A DNA stretch of 64,000 nt. Source: Octopus vulgaris. Its lineage: Eukaryota. How positions within the stretch are numbered: the stretch's first letter is position 1; every line of letters starts with the position of its first letter. The translations under genes were made by a program, and so were the position numbers. The DNA is taken from contig OX597825.1 of assembly GCA_951406725.2 (NCBI GenBank), positions 71,176,001 to 71,240,000 of the forward strand, written 5' to 3'. This document shows, piece by piece, positions 52,913-64,000 of this stretch. The notes under the pieces are model-generated. The model did no database searches, was not told where the DNA came from, and worked only from the letters and a program-made list of their open reading frames with translations.

Positions 52913-53064
52913 ATACTTACCACACAGCCACTCTTACGCCTAATCTGTTTTTTTTTCTTCTTGCTCTCCTTTTTGTAAGACACGAGAAAGGGGAAATATT
53001 TGTAAAGCACCGTTTGGTGAAAGGGGGATGCCAAGCTACAAAGGTTGGAAAATGGCAACTTTAT

Positions 53065-53299
53065 TTAACCCTTTAGCTTTCAGGTTTTAGCTATCAAATG
53101 TTAATGCTTATTTATTCAAATTCTTTTGAATCAATCATGCATTACAATGAGAAATTGCTTCACAATGTTGATGACGTCATTGTTTATTTTAAGAATGACA
53201 TTGTGACATAGGTGTGAGAGGCTGGATCTGACCAGTTTCAGTGTAAAACAAGGATAATATTTTGGCCAAATATGGCCAGTTTACATGCTAAGGGGTTAA
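53065..53299. mobile_element. piggyBac-type MITE family 1
   Basis: TTAACCCTTTAGC...GCTAAGGGGTTAA termini. Confidence 0.8.
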
Positions 53300-54183
53300 T
53301 GCAAGTTTGATTTCTGCAAATTTGCTGCCTCCTCATACTAATGTCGCTACAAATGATTAAATCTCTAACATAAGGAACAAGACAACACACTTCAGGGATG
53401 GTAGTCGGGTGTGAATACTGTCTTCTTGAAGCTGTATGCCCATTAATTTCTGTGCATGCATTAATTTATTTTGTGCAACTAATGCACAGAAGAAATTTGT
53501 GTGCACAGAAGAAATTTGTGTGCACAGGTTAATTATCTAAGATAAAGGAATGATTAATAATTATTTTTTCATTAAGCATTCATTATGCATGTCACAGGAA
53601 GCAAAGTTTACGCAACAGGATATTTGTGTGCATTGGCTACTGAAAGATTAAAGGGAACCTTGGTAAACAGTTGATTAAATTTAACCTGGTATTTGACTGG
53701 TACTTTATTTTATCAACCCTCCCCCCCCCCGTCTCCCAGAAGAAAAAAAAGCAAAGTTGGGTTCAGCAGGATTTGAACCCCAAAATGTATTTGGTTGTTA
53801 GTTTTTCTCTCGTTTTTTTTCTCTTCGCACCTCCTCATTCCTCGTCCTCTCAATCCGTGTCACACCAACCATAGCCCTCAGACAAAATGTAAATAAGAAC
53901 TAAATGAGGCAAGGTATTTTGTGGAATCTACCTATTCTCTACCCTCATTACCACCACCACCACCACCGGTTTTTGATTTAGGCTCAAGACCGGCAACTTT
54001 GAAGGGAAAAGATTAGTTGTTACCATCGACCTCTCAGTACTTGATCAGTACTTTATTTTATTTCAATATCAGAGGGATCACAAGCAAAGTTGACTTTGAT
54101 GGGAATTGAATTTAAGATTGAAAAGAGTTGGAACAAATTCTGCAAAGCATCTTGTCTGATGTTCCAATGATTTTGCCAGTTTA

Positions 54184-54358
54184 TAGGTGCAGGAGTGGCT
54201 GTGTGGTAAGCAGCTTGCTTACCAACCATATGGTTCCGGGTTCATTCCCACTGCATGGCACCTTGGGCAAGTGTCTTCTACTATAGCCTCGGGCCAACCA
54301 AAGCCTTGTGAGTGGATTTGGTAGACGGAAACTGAAAGAAGCCTGTCATATAAATGTA

Positions 54359-54393
<35 letters not shown>

Positions 54394-54442
54394 GTGTGTA
54401 TGTTTGTGTGTCTGTGTTTGTTCCTCTAGCATCGCTTGCCAA
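54184..54442 (+). mobile_element. SINE family A, 5' two-thirds
   Basis: Intact head ggagtggctgtgtggtaag..., CORE-like segment and microsatellite. Confidence 0.88.
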
Positions 54443-54494
54443 CTAAACATTTTCTCCAGTGTGCTAACAGTTCTGCCAGCTTGATAGTCTAATA

Positions 54495-54675
54495 ATTGAA
54501 ATTTATAGAAAAACAAAAGACGAAGACAGGTGTATGAACAACAAGCAGGTGTATTAGTTTGACGCTTAGGAAAATAAAAATAGTCTTTTACATTTCGAGC
54601 CTATGCTCTTCAACAGAAAGAAATAATAGAAAATAAACAGTGAGAATGAAAAAAACATGTAGATTTAGCGGTCAG
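54495..54675 (-). mobile_element. PLE-type terminal fragment, family H1 copy 3, with hammerhead motif at 54585-54620
   Basis: Minus strand cttt-CTGTTGA-A-GAGC(atag)GCTC-GAAA-TG-TA-aaag: stem I 4 bp, stem II 4 bp, GUA triplet. Confidence 0.7.
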
Positions 54676-56134
54676 TACTACTAATTCTTCTTCCTACGAT
54701 AGAGGCACAAGGCCTGAAATTTTCTGAGAAAGGGGCTAGTTGACTATATCGACCCCCAGTTTTCTATTGGTACTTATTTTATCGACCCTGAAGGGGTGAA
54801 AGGTTAAGTTGGCCTTGGTGGAATTTGAACTCATAGCAAAAACAAATGAAATGCTGTTCAGCATTTTGTCCAGCTTGCTAATGGTTCTGCTAACTTGCTA
54901 CCTTTGCTGCCGTTGTTGTTGTTAAGCAACAAGATGGGTAAGGGTGATTAGGTGATGGTCTAGGGCTTAGGGGTGGGAGACCCCAGACCTTGGAGAAAAA
55001 AATACTTTGGTCGTCTTGTTGTAGTCGAGGGCTCTTCGTTGACGCCCGACACCACTGGGAGGTGGCCCTCGAAGTCGCTGGAAATGGAGATCTCCAGGTC
55101 CAAATTCTTGAATGGCTGCTACTTCTACTACTACTACTACTACTACTATTACTACTATAAATGTTATAAAGGTAGATTTTTACAGTGAAGCATAGTTTTA
55201 CAGAGAATATATAACTCCAGTCTGTTACTAATATTAATTTTTCACATAGAAAAAAAAAATGAATAGTAAACTCAACCTCCGTAGGATGCTGATAATAACA
55301 ATGATAATTAAATATTAATGTTGTTGATAATTAATTATTAACAAGACTAATAATAATAATGGTGCCACTGCTTCTGTCGAGGAGCACTGAAAGAACATGT
55401 TCTGTATGAATCATTACCATCTTTTACTGATCATCAAGGTTTTAGACAAATGGTGATGCTGATGGTATTTTGCTCTTGTAATCCTCAGATCTTATGCAAA
55501 GCATTTCTCTCAGTGTCTGAATAACTGAGCTGTTTAAGACAACTTAATGAGGACATTTAAGAGGATGATGATGGTGAGGTCGGTGGTGGCGCCGGTGATT
55601 TTGATGCTTATTGTATTCGTAGAATGGAAATCTTACAAGGATGGCTGCCTAAGAGGATGCTGGTAGTGTGGGTGTATGTAGTGGTGTTTGTTGGTGGGTG
55701 GGTAGTGGAGATGGTGATGGTGGCAATCTGTAGAGAAATAGATTTAACAGGATGGTGTTTGAAAGGTTGTTGTTGTTGGTAGTGGTGGCCGTGGTGTTGG
55801 CGACAGCAATGCAGTTGTTACATGGTGGTGGTGACAGTAGATAGACAGATTTAATAAGGATGGCTGTTTGAAAGGGTGTCGGTGGTGGTGATGATGCTAG
55901 TTATGGTTTTAGTGTGGTGGTGGTGATGGGGATGAGGTTGAAGATAGGTTTATGGCTGATTGAGAGAGTTCTGTTGCCAATGACAGCAGTGGTGGTAGTA
56001 GTTGTATAAGTATGTGGTGGTGGTGGTGAAGCTTGGGTGAAAGGTAGGAGAGTTAACAAGAAAGGATGGATGGATGGTTGGTTGGTGAGGTGGTGAGCTA
56101 AGAGTTGGGAGATATAGCCCAGGCAACGGGTGCA

Positions 56135-56136
56135 TG

Positions 56137-56191
<55 letters not shown>

Positions 56192-56288
56192 CTATATATA
56201 TATGTGTGTGTGTGTGTCTATATATATATGTGTGTGTGTGTGTGTCTATATATATGTGTGTGTGTGTGTGTCTATATATATGTGTGTA

Positions 56289-56335
<47 letters not shown>

Positions 56336-56342
56336 CTATATA

Positions 56343-56405
<63 letters not shown>

Positions 56406-56604
56406 CTCTATATATGTGTGTGTGTGTGTGTCTATATATGTGTGTGTGTGTGTGTCTATATGTGTGTGTGTGTGTGTGTATATATGTGTGTGTGTGTGTG
56501 TATATATGTGTGTGTGTGTGTGTCTATATGTGTGTGTGTGTGTCTATATATGTGTGTGTGTGTGTCTATATGTGTGTGTATGTGTGTGTGTGTGTGTCCA
56601 TATA

Positions 56605-56655
<51 letters not shown>

Positions 56656-56700
56656 ATGTGTGTGTGTGTGTGTGTATGACTGTGTGTATGTGTGTGTGTA
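56135..56700. repeat. Compound (TA)n(TG)m(TC) micro/minisatellite, ~565 bp
   Basis: Directly visible; source of the VCVCYI-rich ORFs. Confidence 0.95.
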
Positions 56701-56971
56701 AAGTGCAGCTAAGAGATAGTGGTGTTAGTGGTGGATAAATATTTCAGAAGGATATATAAGAAGATTGTGACAGCAACAAGGAAGGGATGTTGATCATGGT
56801 AGTGTCACCAGCAATGGTGGTCCCGTTGTGGCGTCAGCAATGGTTGATGACTGTTCAAGTTAAATGAGGAACATCTAAAAAGGATGATGATTGTGATGGC
56901 TTAGATGAAGAATGTTTATTTCTGTATACTTTTTGTTAAGACAAGGGCTTCAGGTATATTACATATACGGA

Positions 56972-57201
56972 GGCGGAGAGCTGGCAGAACTGTTAGCACG
57001 CCGGGCGAAATGCTTAGCGGTATTTCGTCTGCCGCTACGTTCTGAGTTCAAATTCCGCCGAGGTTGACTTTGCCTTTCATCCTTTCGGGGTCGATAAATT
57101 AAGTACCAGTTATGCATTGGGGTCGATGTAATCGACTTAATACCTATGTCTGTCCTTGTTTGTCCCTTCTATGTTTAGCCCCTTGTGGGTAATAAAGAAA
57201 T
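56972..57201 (+). mobile_element. SINE family B monomer with 15-bp TSD
   Basis: TSD aggtatattacatat at 56952-56966 and 57202-57216. Confidence 0.92.
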
Positions 57202-57486
57202 AGGTATATTACATATTTACCAATTTATTAATTTAAAGATGCACGTTATGAAAATGGTGATGGTATGTAGCTCAGTGGTTAGGGTGTTGTGCTTATGATC
57301 ATAAGACTGTGGTTTCAATTTCTGGACTGGGTGAGGTGTTGTATTCTTGAGCGGGACACTTCATTTTGCATTATTCTTCACTCAGCTGGCAGAAATGATT
57401 AAACCTGCCACAGATCAGTGTTCCATCCAGTGGGGAATATATACTCCACAGAATCCAGAAAACTAGCCTTAAGGGTCTATCTATCG

Positions 57487-58056
57487 TAGGAGTTCTCAAC
57501 CATTTTTTTTTTATCTGTTGACCCTTTTCATTACTATTTTATTCTGGTGAACCTCCATAGTCATTTGACGTTTAAACACTAGTTTTATAGAAACATCTTT
57601 GAAAATTCCTATTGTTTTCCATATATATCAACTTGTGTAGATTGAACTATGTAAAACATTAACCATTTCATTATCAACCCGGCTGAAACCGGCCCTGGCT
57701 CTGTAGTACAAATGTCTAGTTTTCATAAGTTTTGAATTAAAATCTTCCACCAAACCTTTGTCACAATTAATGTTCCTAACACTAGCTTAATGATAACTAA
57801 GTTATTTTACTAAATTCTTTGTTAGATTTAAAATTAATTAAAAGAAACACAGAGCATCTCAAAATAAATACAATAACGAAAGGGTTAAAGAAACCTAGCT
57901 GTTTCTTGTAATAGCAATACATACATCTGTAGCAAAATTTTTTCAGGGGCCCTTAAAATATTATTGTGGATTCCAATTTGCTATTTTGTTGCATGGACCC
58001 CCAAAAATCTTATATGGACCTTCAGGGGCCATGTGAACCCCAGCTGAGAACCACTG
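57487..58056. mobile_element. hAT-type MITE containing a nested piggyBac-type MITE family 2 (57659-57888)
   Basis: Termini tagga-gttctcaac / ctgagaaccactg resemble CAGTGGTTCTCAAC TIRs; subterminal ggacccc motifs; inner element bounded by TTAA. Confidence 0.7.
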
Positions 58057-58722
58057 GTCTATGTTTTGGGAAGGATCTTTAATCCTTTTTTTTTTTCTGT
58101 TATGGCAATATGTTCCTTTCTTGTTTAAGTGTGTTGACAGATGTATACGTGTAGTGCATATGCCTGATTATGTGTACATGCTGATGCTAGTGCTGCCTGA
58201 CTGGCTCCTGTGCTGGTGGCATGTAAAAAGCACCAACTACACTCTCATAGTGGTTGGTGTCAAGAAGGGCATCCAGCTTTAGAAACCTTACCAGATCAGA
58301 TTGAAGCTTGGTGCAGCCTCTTGGCTTGCCAGTCCTCATTCAAACCGTCCAACCCATGCCAGCATGGAAAGCAGACATTAAACAACGATGATGATGATGA
58401 TGATGATGATGCTTGTGTGTATGTGTGTGCATGTAGGAGGTGATTATCTTTATCAAGGTGTATTTTTTTCTCTGCCCCTTCTTACATAATCACTGTTTTA
58501 ACGTCCATTTTCTTCATGCTGGCATGGGTCAGATGAAATTCTTTTAAGTAGATTTTCTACAGCATGATGCCCTTCCTATTGCCAGCCTAACTTTGACCTG
58601 TTTCTAAGCAAGCAAGTATTTTCACATGGTTGTACATGTTTTTGCAGCACATCGGGAAAAAATTATACTGCTTGTATGATAAAGACACTCATTTACAGCC
58701 GTCACTTGATGTCAAGCTAAGG

Positions 58723-58777
<55 letters not shown>

Positions 58778-58826
58778 GGAACTGCTTTCAGTTTCTGCTC
58801 ACAAAGGTTTGGTCATCTCATAGCTA

Positions 58827-59252
58827 TACTCTTTTACTTGTTTCAGTCATTTGACTGTGGCCATGCTGGAGCACTGCCTTTTTAGTCGAGCAAATCGACC
58901 CCAGGACTTATTCTTTGTAAGCCCAGTACTTATTCTATCGGTCTCTATTGCTGAACCGCTAAGTTACGGGGACATAAACACACCAGCATCGGTTGTCAAG
59001 TGATATTGGGGGGACAAACACAGACACACAAATATATATACACACACACACACATACATACATATATATATATATATACATATATACGACAGGCTTCTTT
59101 CAGTTTCCCTCTACTAAATCCACTCACAAGGCTTTGGTCGGCCCGAGGCTATAGTAGAAGACACTTGCCCAAGGTGCCACGCAGTGGGACTGAACCCGGA
59201 ACCATGTGGTTGGTAAGCAAGCTACTTACCACACAGCCACTCCTACGCCTAT
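58827..59252 (-). mobile_element. SINE family A, young full-length copy
   Basis: Matches the consensus from head to tail. Confidence 0.92.
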
Positions 59253-60179
59253 AAATAATATAGTATAAAATGCTTACACAAGGTGCCATGTAATGGGATT
59301 GAACCTGAAATCTTGTGGCTGGGAAGCAAACTTCTTAACCACATATTATATAATAATAATAACTGAAAAATAAAATCAGGAGTTTGAGTGGTGAATACAG
59401 ATTTATTATTTCCATATAATTTTCATATGATTACTCTCATTTTGTAATCTTTTTCATGTAGTATCATTGATTTCAACATATTAAATTATATGTATGTACA
59501 TTTAGCATAAACATGCATATTTATATACAATTACATATTCAGCATTATATAACACAATTGTAATTCATCTGAGTATATGGGAACATCACAGATACATTCA
59601 GGATTCAACTCTTGTTGCACATATAAAAATCCACGCTTTCCATACACAATGTATGGAAGGACAGAATTACTAAGTAGACACAATAATTCGATTTGTAAAG
59701 GAAATCATTATTAAACACAATCTATTCACTGTTTTTTAATAATGGTTTCTCAATGCTGTTGATTTTCAATGCATCAAACCAAGTACAGGAACAAATAATA
59801 CACTGGCATCAATTCTTAGAAAAAAATTGGTCTTGAGTCTTTTTGTCAGAAGAAATCAGTATTAAGACTATAACTACCAGCTCAGCAAATCTTGTTACAA
59901 ATTCATTTAATATGAAAATTCTTGGTTGAATTTTAAAGAAGATGATTAGAGTTGTAGCCGTTCATATTTGATCCTTCATTTACTTGTTTCAGTCATTAGA
60001 TTGTGGCCATGCTGGGGCACCATCTTGAAGAATTTTTACTTGAATGCATCGACCCTGGTACTTATTTTTTAAAGCTTAGAACTTATTTTATTGGTCTCTT
60101 ATGTTGAACTGCTAAGTTACAGGGATGTAAACACACCAGCAGCGTTTGTCATGTGGTAGTGGGGAATAGACACACACAT

Positions 60180-60214
<35 letters not shown>

Positions 60215-60263
60215 AATAAACAAACAAACAAAGTGGAGTTGTAAGGTACCGCACGAGTGGAAT

Positions 60264-60521
60264 TATATAAGAAAGAAGGTTTGAAAATACAATTTTAAAA
60301 GATGTTTATTTACTTTACCGGTTTCACTTTTCAGAAAAAGATTGTCAAAAGTAACATGTAACAGTTTGTAGCATTTTGTATTGTAGCATTTTGTGACAAC
60401 CAATAATTAACACAACCAAACTTTTACATGTTACTTTTGACAATCTTTTTCTAAAAAGTGAAACTGGTAAAGTAAATAAACATCTTTCAAAATTGCATTT
60501 TCAAACCTTCTTTCTTATATA
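60264..60521. repeat. Inverted repeat (~104-bp arms, ~50-bp spacer) with a decayed hammerhead motif in each arm
   Basis: ttactt-TTGACAA-t-ctttt(tctr)aaaag-t-GAAA-CYGG-TA-aagtaa at 60431-60475 (+) and 60310-60354 (-). Confidence 0.82.
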
Positions 60522-61284
60522 TATATGTTGCTATTATGCAAAAGTGTCGTAAGTCCAAAACATTGCTTTTTCAGAAAACGAAAAAAATAGTTCCGCCATT
60601 CCTTAGCAAAACTGTTGTACTACACTTTGGCAATTTTTGATATCTTGGCATTTGAAGCAGCTGGAGATAAGATAGTTTGACCAAAAGAACTAGCTATTGT
60701 AAGCAAAAATAAATATTGAAAAAAAAAAAAACACATTTGGCCAAATTTGGACATACGATGGTCATGGTCAGCAAGCCAACATGACAGAACTCCAACATTT
60801 TTACAGGAGCTTCTTGACTTTGTGGCCTTTGGTTCAATCCCACTGCATGGTAACTTCAATGTCTTCTGCTATAGGCCTGGCCAAAACATTGTAAGTAGAT
60901 TTAGTTGACGGAAACTGAAGGAAGCTTGTCATGTATATATTATCATCATCGTTTGTATATCCTTGTCTAGATGTCATGTGATGGTTGTTGATCAGCATCA
61001 TCATTATACAAGAAATGTTATTTACTTCCAGTCTTCTGTGAAGAATATGTCCTGTTTTGGGAAGTTATTGCCTTGCTTGAAAACAGGCAATGATTGGAGA
61101 CAGGAAGGGTACCTGGGTGTAGAAAATCTGCTTCAACAAATTCCATCTGATCCTGACAAACCTGGAAAGTAGATGTTAATTGATGATGATACAATTAAAA
61201 TTTTACTTATCTCTTGCAATCAATGTAATGGCTACAATCAACCTTTCGCCCCACCTCTCTCCCTATATATTTATGTATATATAT

Positions 61285-61445
61285 AGGTACAGGCATGGCT
61301 ATGTGGTAAGAAGTTTACTTCCCAACCACATGGTTCTGGATTTAGTCCCACTGTATGACAATACCTTGGACAAGTGTCATTTACTATAGCCTCGAGTCAA
61401 CCAAAGCCTTGTGAGTGGATTTGGTAGACAACTGAAAGAAGCCTG

Positions 61446-61486
<41 letters not shown>

Positions 61487-62340
61487 CATTTTATACTATA
61501 GCTACGAGATGACCAAATCAGTTTCAGCTCAACTACTAACTTAAAAAATTTAATCGTACACAGCACACAAAAACCACAATATGAAACCAGCTGTTCATGC
61601 AGGAATAAAATTTATGCCCGTTAAATGGAGCTTGCATGTCTGAGACCATCATTTATGAAGCCACCGTGGACTCTATATCCACTAAGGACACGGTTTCGAT
61701 GAAGAAATATGTGGGCCTTACAGAGGGTAATTTCAAGGCCAGGTTCAATAATCACACCTTGAGCTTCAGGCACTGGGATAAAAAGGAAAATGCCCAAATT
61801 ATCCAGTCATATATGGTCCTTAAATGATAAAGGTGTCAGTTACAACATCCATTGGAAGATCTTAGCCAAGTGTAAGCCCTACACCAACGGCAGTGGAAAG
61901 TGTGGTCTTTGTGATATGGAAAGATGGCTCATCTGGAAAAGCAGCCTAAACCCTGCTACATGTCTAAATTCAAGAACTGAACTTTTTGGATCATGTCCAT
62001 ATGTGGCTAAATATTTGTTATGTTTCTCAAAGGGGAGGCCTATGGGACGGTCGGGCAAGTTGTTTTGAGAAAATTTGGTTTAAATGTTTGACAACTCAGC
62101 ACCATCCATTGGATGGGGGTGTTTTACTCATATATATATATATATTTCTGTGTCTGTTTGCCACACCACACACACACTTTCGCTCGTCAACTGATGGTGG
62201 TTCGGCAAAAGAGACCGGTAGAATAAGTGCTAGGCTTACAAAGAATAAGTCATGGGGTCGATTTCTTCGACTAAAAACCCTTTAAAGCGGTGCTCCAGCA
62301 TGGCCGCAGTCAAGTGATTGAAACCAGTAAAAGAATAAAA

Positions 62341-62341
<1 letters not shown>
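61285..62341 (+). mobile_element. SINE family A host split by the PLE relic (head 61285-61483, tail 62129-62341)
   Basis: The head ends in (TA)n and the SINE 3' half resumes after a second (TA)n. Confidence 0.8.
61484..62128 (+). pseudogene. Penelope-like element relic: frameshifted C-terminal GIY-YIG endonuclease
   Basis: Joined frames read QISFSSTTNLKNLI...CSCRNK/LCPLNGACMSETIIYEATV...KYVGLTEGNFKARFNNHTLSF.../KLSSHIWSL...IHWKIL...CGLCDMERWLI...LNSRTELFGSC. This gives IIY/YVG motifs, R..H, E and LN, plus Cys clusters typical of PLE endonucleases. At least two frameshifts. Confidence 0.85.
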
Positions 62342-62382
<41 letters not shown>

Positions 62383-62799
62383 TTTAAGAAGATTGTGATT
62401 CCTGTCTGTGTAGTAATCTTTTTCTTTCTCGTCTCCTCCACCAACTTACAAGCAACGATTTCAACACGGTATTCAAGTTATGTTGGAGATTAGGAAAAAA
62501 TGAGAGATCTAATAGCTGCTGGTTTGTTTCTTTATGAAATTCATTGCACAAGGAAAGAGATATTTGCTGGTTGACAGAATTCATTTTCTTTTTACAAGCG
62601 AGCTCCGCTGCTCAGCCATTTATTGTTCTTCTTGTAAACTGGCTTCGAAGTGTTTATCTCCAGCCTTATTAGATACGTTGAAAGGAAATATAAAACAATC
62701 TGTAGTATATTTTATCATCTTTCTTTCATAACTAATACTTAAAAGCTTCAATAGATGTTTAATTCTAAGGAAAATTTTTGTTTCAATCATTTAGTTATC

Positions 62800-63240
62800 A
62801 CTCTCCCTCTGTCTTTCTCTTACTCTGTCTCTCTCTGTCTTTCTCTTACTCTGTCTCTCTCTGTCTTTCTCTTACTCTGTCTTTCTCTCTCTTTCTCTTA
62901 CTGTCTCTGTCTGTCTCTCTCTTACTCTGTCTCTGTCTGTCTTTCTCTCTCTATCTTTCTCTCTCTGTCTTTCTCTTACTCTGTCTTTCTCTCTCTGTCT
63001 TTCTCTTACTCTGTCTTTCTCTCTCTGTCTTTCTCTTACTCTGTCTTTCTCTCTCTGTCTTTTTCTTACTCTGTCTTTCTCTTACTCCGTCTTTCTCTCT
63101 CTGTCTTTTTCTTTCTCCCTCTTTCTCTCTCTGTCTTTCTCTTACTCTCTCTCTCTGCCTTTCTCTTTCTCCCTCTTACGCCGTCTGTCTTTCTCTCACT
63201 CTGTCTGTCTTTCTCTCACTCTGTCTTTCTCTCTCTCTTT
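62800..63240. repeat. Polypyrimidine CT-rich minisatellite (~30-bp higher-order unit)
   Basis: ttctcttactctgtctttctctctctgtct recurs with period 30 (e.g. 62971, 63001, 63031). Confidence 0.92.
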
Positions 63241-64000
63241 TGATCACAATGTTTTCCCTTTCATCTTGTTCACTGTAGTTTGCTTGATAAATCCTTGTCT
63301 AAGGACCAACATTCTGTAAAAATATCATTAGTTTATTTTTAGTTGTTTGTTGACTCTGATGGGTTGACTTGCAATATCCTTCATAGGAAACAAAAAAAAA
63401 AACCCCAAAAACATAGAAATTAATATACCTGAACCCCCCCCCCCCTCCGTTTTTATCCTGTAGCATCTAAATGTAGTCATATGAAAATCGAGAGAGACGT
63501 AATAGATAGATAATACTGACAGAAACGTGGTATGAATAAGAAAATCCCAAAACCCAATCTTCAGTTAAGAGATAGTGGAAATGTATCATGCATTTGTGTT
63601 TCTTTTTGAAGGCCTAATTTTGTTTCCTCCCATTTGTTTCCCATTTTCGATTTCGTTATTGTTTATAACTTGTAGTTTGGCCCAGTGACAAAGCAAACAG
63701 GTTACGAATATACACCTCGTCGTTTGGTATTTGCTAGGCTCGGTTAGCATTAAGTGGGACTATGGCATTATCGGTTTTCTGCGAGGGCTTAAATTAGAAC
63801 TGTTTAACAAATATTATTTTATAGCGAAACCCCACAGTCTCCTAGTTAACGTTTCGGTGGACGCCAGCGATAGGTAGCACACACAAGTTGGAATTTCTCC
63901 ATTTTGATGGAGATTTTTCAGATTTTTTCCCCCCGGTGCTCATGGAAATGACGAAGAGCATTTAAGCAAAAAGGAATTTTTCGAAAATGATGTTTTTTTT

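Noticed and set aside
56105-56738. Three overlapping ~200-aa ORFs
   Set aside because: Translations of a (TA)/(TG) satellite.
62755-63278. Leu/Ser-rich 162-166-aa ORFs
   Set aside because: Translations of the CT minisatellite.

Overview
AT-rich, repeat-saturated eukaryotic non-coding DNA, probably a large intron or intergenic stretch. The SINE repertoire resembles that of octopus (coleoid cephalopod); this is inferred from remembered repeat consensus and not verified. I found no convincing host protein-coding exon, tRNA, rRNA or CRISPR array, and nearly all ORFs in the track are translations of SINEs or microsatellites. The window holds dozens of tRNA-derived SINE copies in about 6 families (my labels A-F, several with clear target-site duplications), TTAA-flanked piggyBac-type MITEs, hAT and mariner relics, a non-autonomous Helitron/Helentron-type element, a HERO-like RLE LINE 3' relic, and a frameshifted Penelope-like (PLE) GIY-YIG endonuclease relic. 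The most unusual signal is about 10 loci carrying type-I minimal hammerhead-ribozyme-like cores (CTGANGA-stem II-GAAA-short or palindromic stem III-NUH, closed by stem I). They belong to at least 7 apparently unrelated sequence families. Six lie in or beside long fold-back inverted repeats, some with a ribozyme motif in both arms. All motifs were read by eye, most are partly decayed, and none has been tested for activity.
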